NCBI GenBank assembly: GCA_019704295.1
Contig: AP024596.1
Location: 896,001 to 960,000, forward strand
From: Sulfolobales archaeon HS-7
GTDB lineage: Archaea; Thermoproteota; Thermoprotei_A; Sulfolobales; Sulfolobaceae
Direction of reading: 5' to 3'
DNA: 64,000 nucleotides
Below are positions 63,580 to 64,000 of the stretch, one piece after another; position 1 is the first letter of the stretch; each line of letters opens with the position of its first letter. The notes beneath the pieces are model-generated. The model saw only the letters and a list, made by a program, of their open reading frames with translations. It did no database searches and had not been told where the DNA came from. The position numbers and the translations under genes are program-made.

Positions 63580-64000
63580 ATGGTAAGATATGGTCTGTAC
63601 GAAAGTCCCCTCGGACTAATCACAGTGGCAAAAACAAGTAAAGGTTTGGTGATGTTAGACTTTTGCGATTGTGTGGAGAAGGAATTAGTAGATAACAACG
63701 CGTTCACCGATTTATTTGAGCTTTTAGATAGATACTTTGCAGGGGAAGAAGTAGAGTTTAAGGTCGATATAGACTGGGGGTTTTATGATAAAAGGACTCA
63801 AATACTAAGAGAACTGACCAAACTTAAGTGGGGCGAAACGAGAACATATGAGGAAATTGCTAGAAATGTAGGAAGTTCTCCACGAGGAATAGGTTCCGCC
63901 ATTAGCAAGAATAACGTTTTAATTATTATTCCTTGTCATCGCGTTATCGCAAAATACGATATAGGAGGCTACTCAAGAGGGATCGACCTAAAATTAAAGC
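63580..64000 (+). CDS. ogt: methylated-DNA--protein-cysteine methyltransferase (runs off the window end; not in the ORF track)
   Basis: MVRYGLYESPLGLITVAK..KGLVMLDFCDC; in-frame PCHRV active site at 63931. Confidence 0.93.
   Translation, partial: MVRYGLYESPLGLITVAKTSKGLVMLDFCDCVEKELVDNNAFTDLFELLDRYFAGEEVEFKVDIDWGFYDKRTQILRELTKLKWGETRTYEEIARNVGSSPRGIGSAISKNNVLIIIPCHRVIAKYDIGGYSRGIDLKLK

Overview
AT-rich archaeal DNA that looks like Sulfolobales (Thermoproteota): Sulfolobus-type TFB1, type-1S PyrD, a bipolar pyrEF/pyrB-I-K-C-D operon, a nuo operon without nuoB/E/F/G, and a thermopsin-family surface protein. The first ~37 kb is mostly core genome: a MIPS-like gene, nuoA-C-D-H-I-J-K-(M-L fusion)-N, tRNA-Asn, gltX, tRNA-Pro, the rps13-to-rps2/MEMO1/fni/gds/aglH superoperon, dnaG, tyrS, speB, glyS, tfb and aIF1. 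The 37-55 kb part is more accessory: an Lpd-like flavoprotein, OsmC, the MCM small subunit with MeaB, a membrane-anchored wHTH regulator, an ABC exporter fused to DUF1854, an ABC-2 pair, a cluster of non-autonomous IS200/IS605 end modules, fumC and DsbA/Bcp. The window ends with the pyr operon, MarC, a decayed IS630 element and a truncated ogt. No CRISPR array or rRNA was seen. Best leads: (1) nested, ORF-less IS605 derivatives that keep structured omega-RNA-like right ends; (2) a JAMM/JAB-motif protein coupled to pyrF; (3) a regulator + PH-ABC-DUF1854 + ABC-2 export locus; (4) an apparently catalytically dead mevalonate-kinase-like gene at the ancestral mvk position; (5) a stand-alone Cdc48-N-like double-psi beta-barrel downstream of glyS. 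All family calls come from motif recognition by eye; no searches were run.
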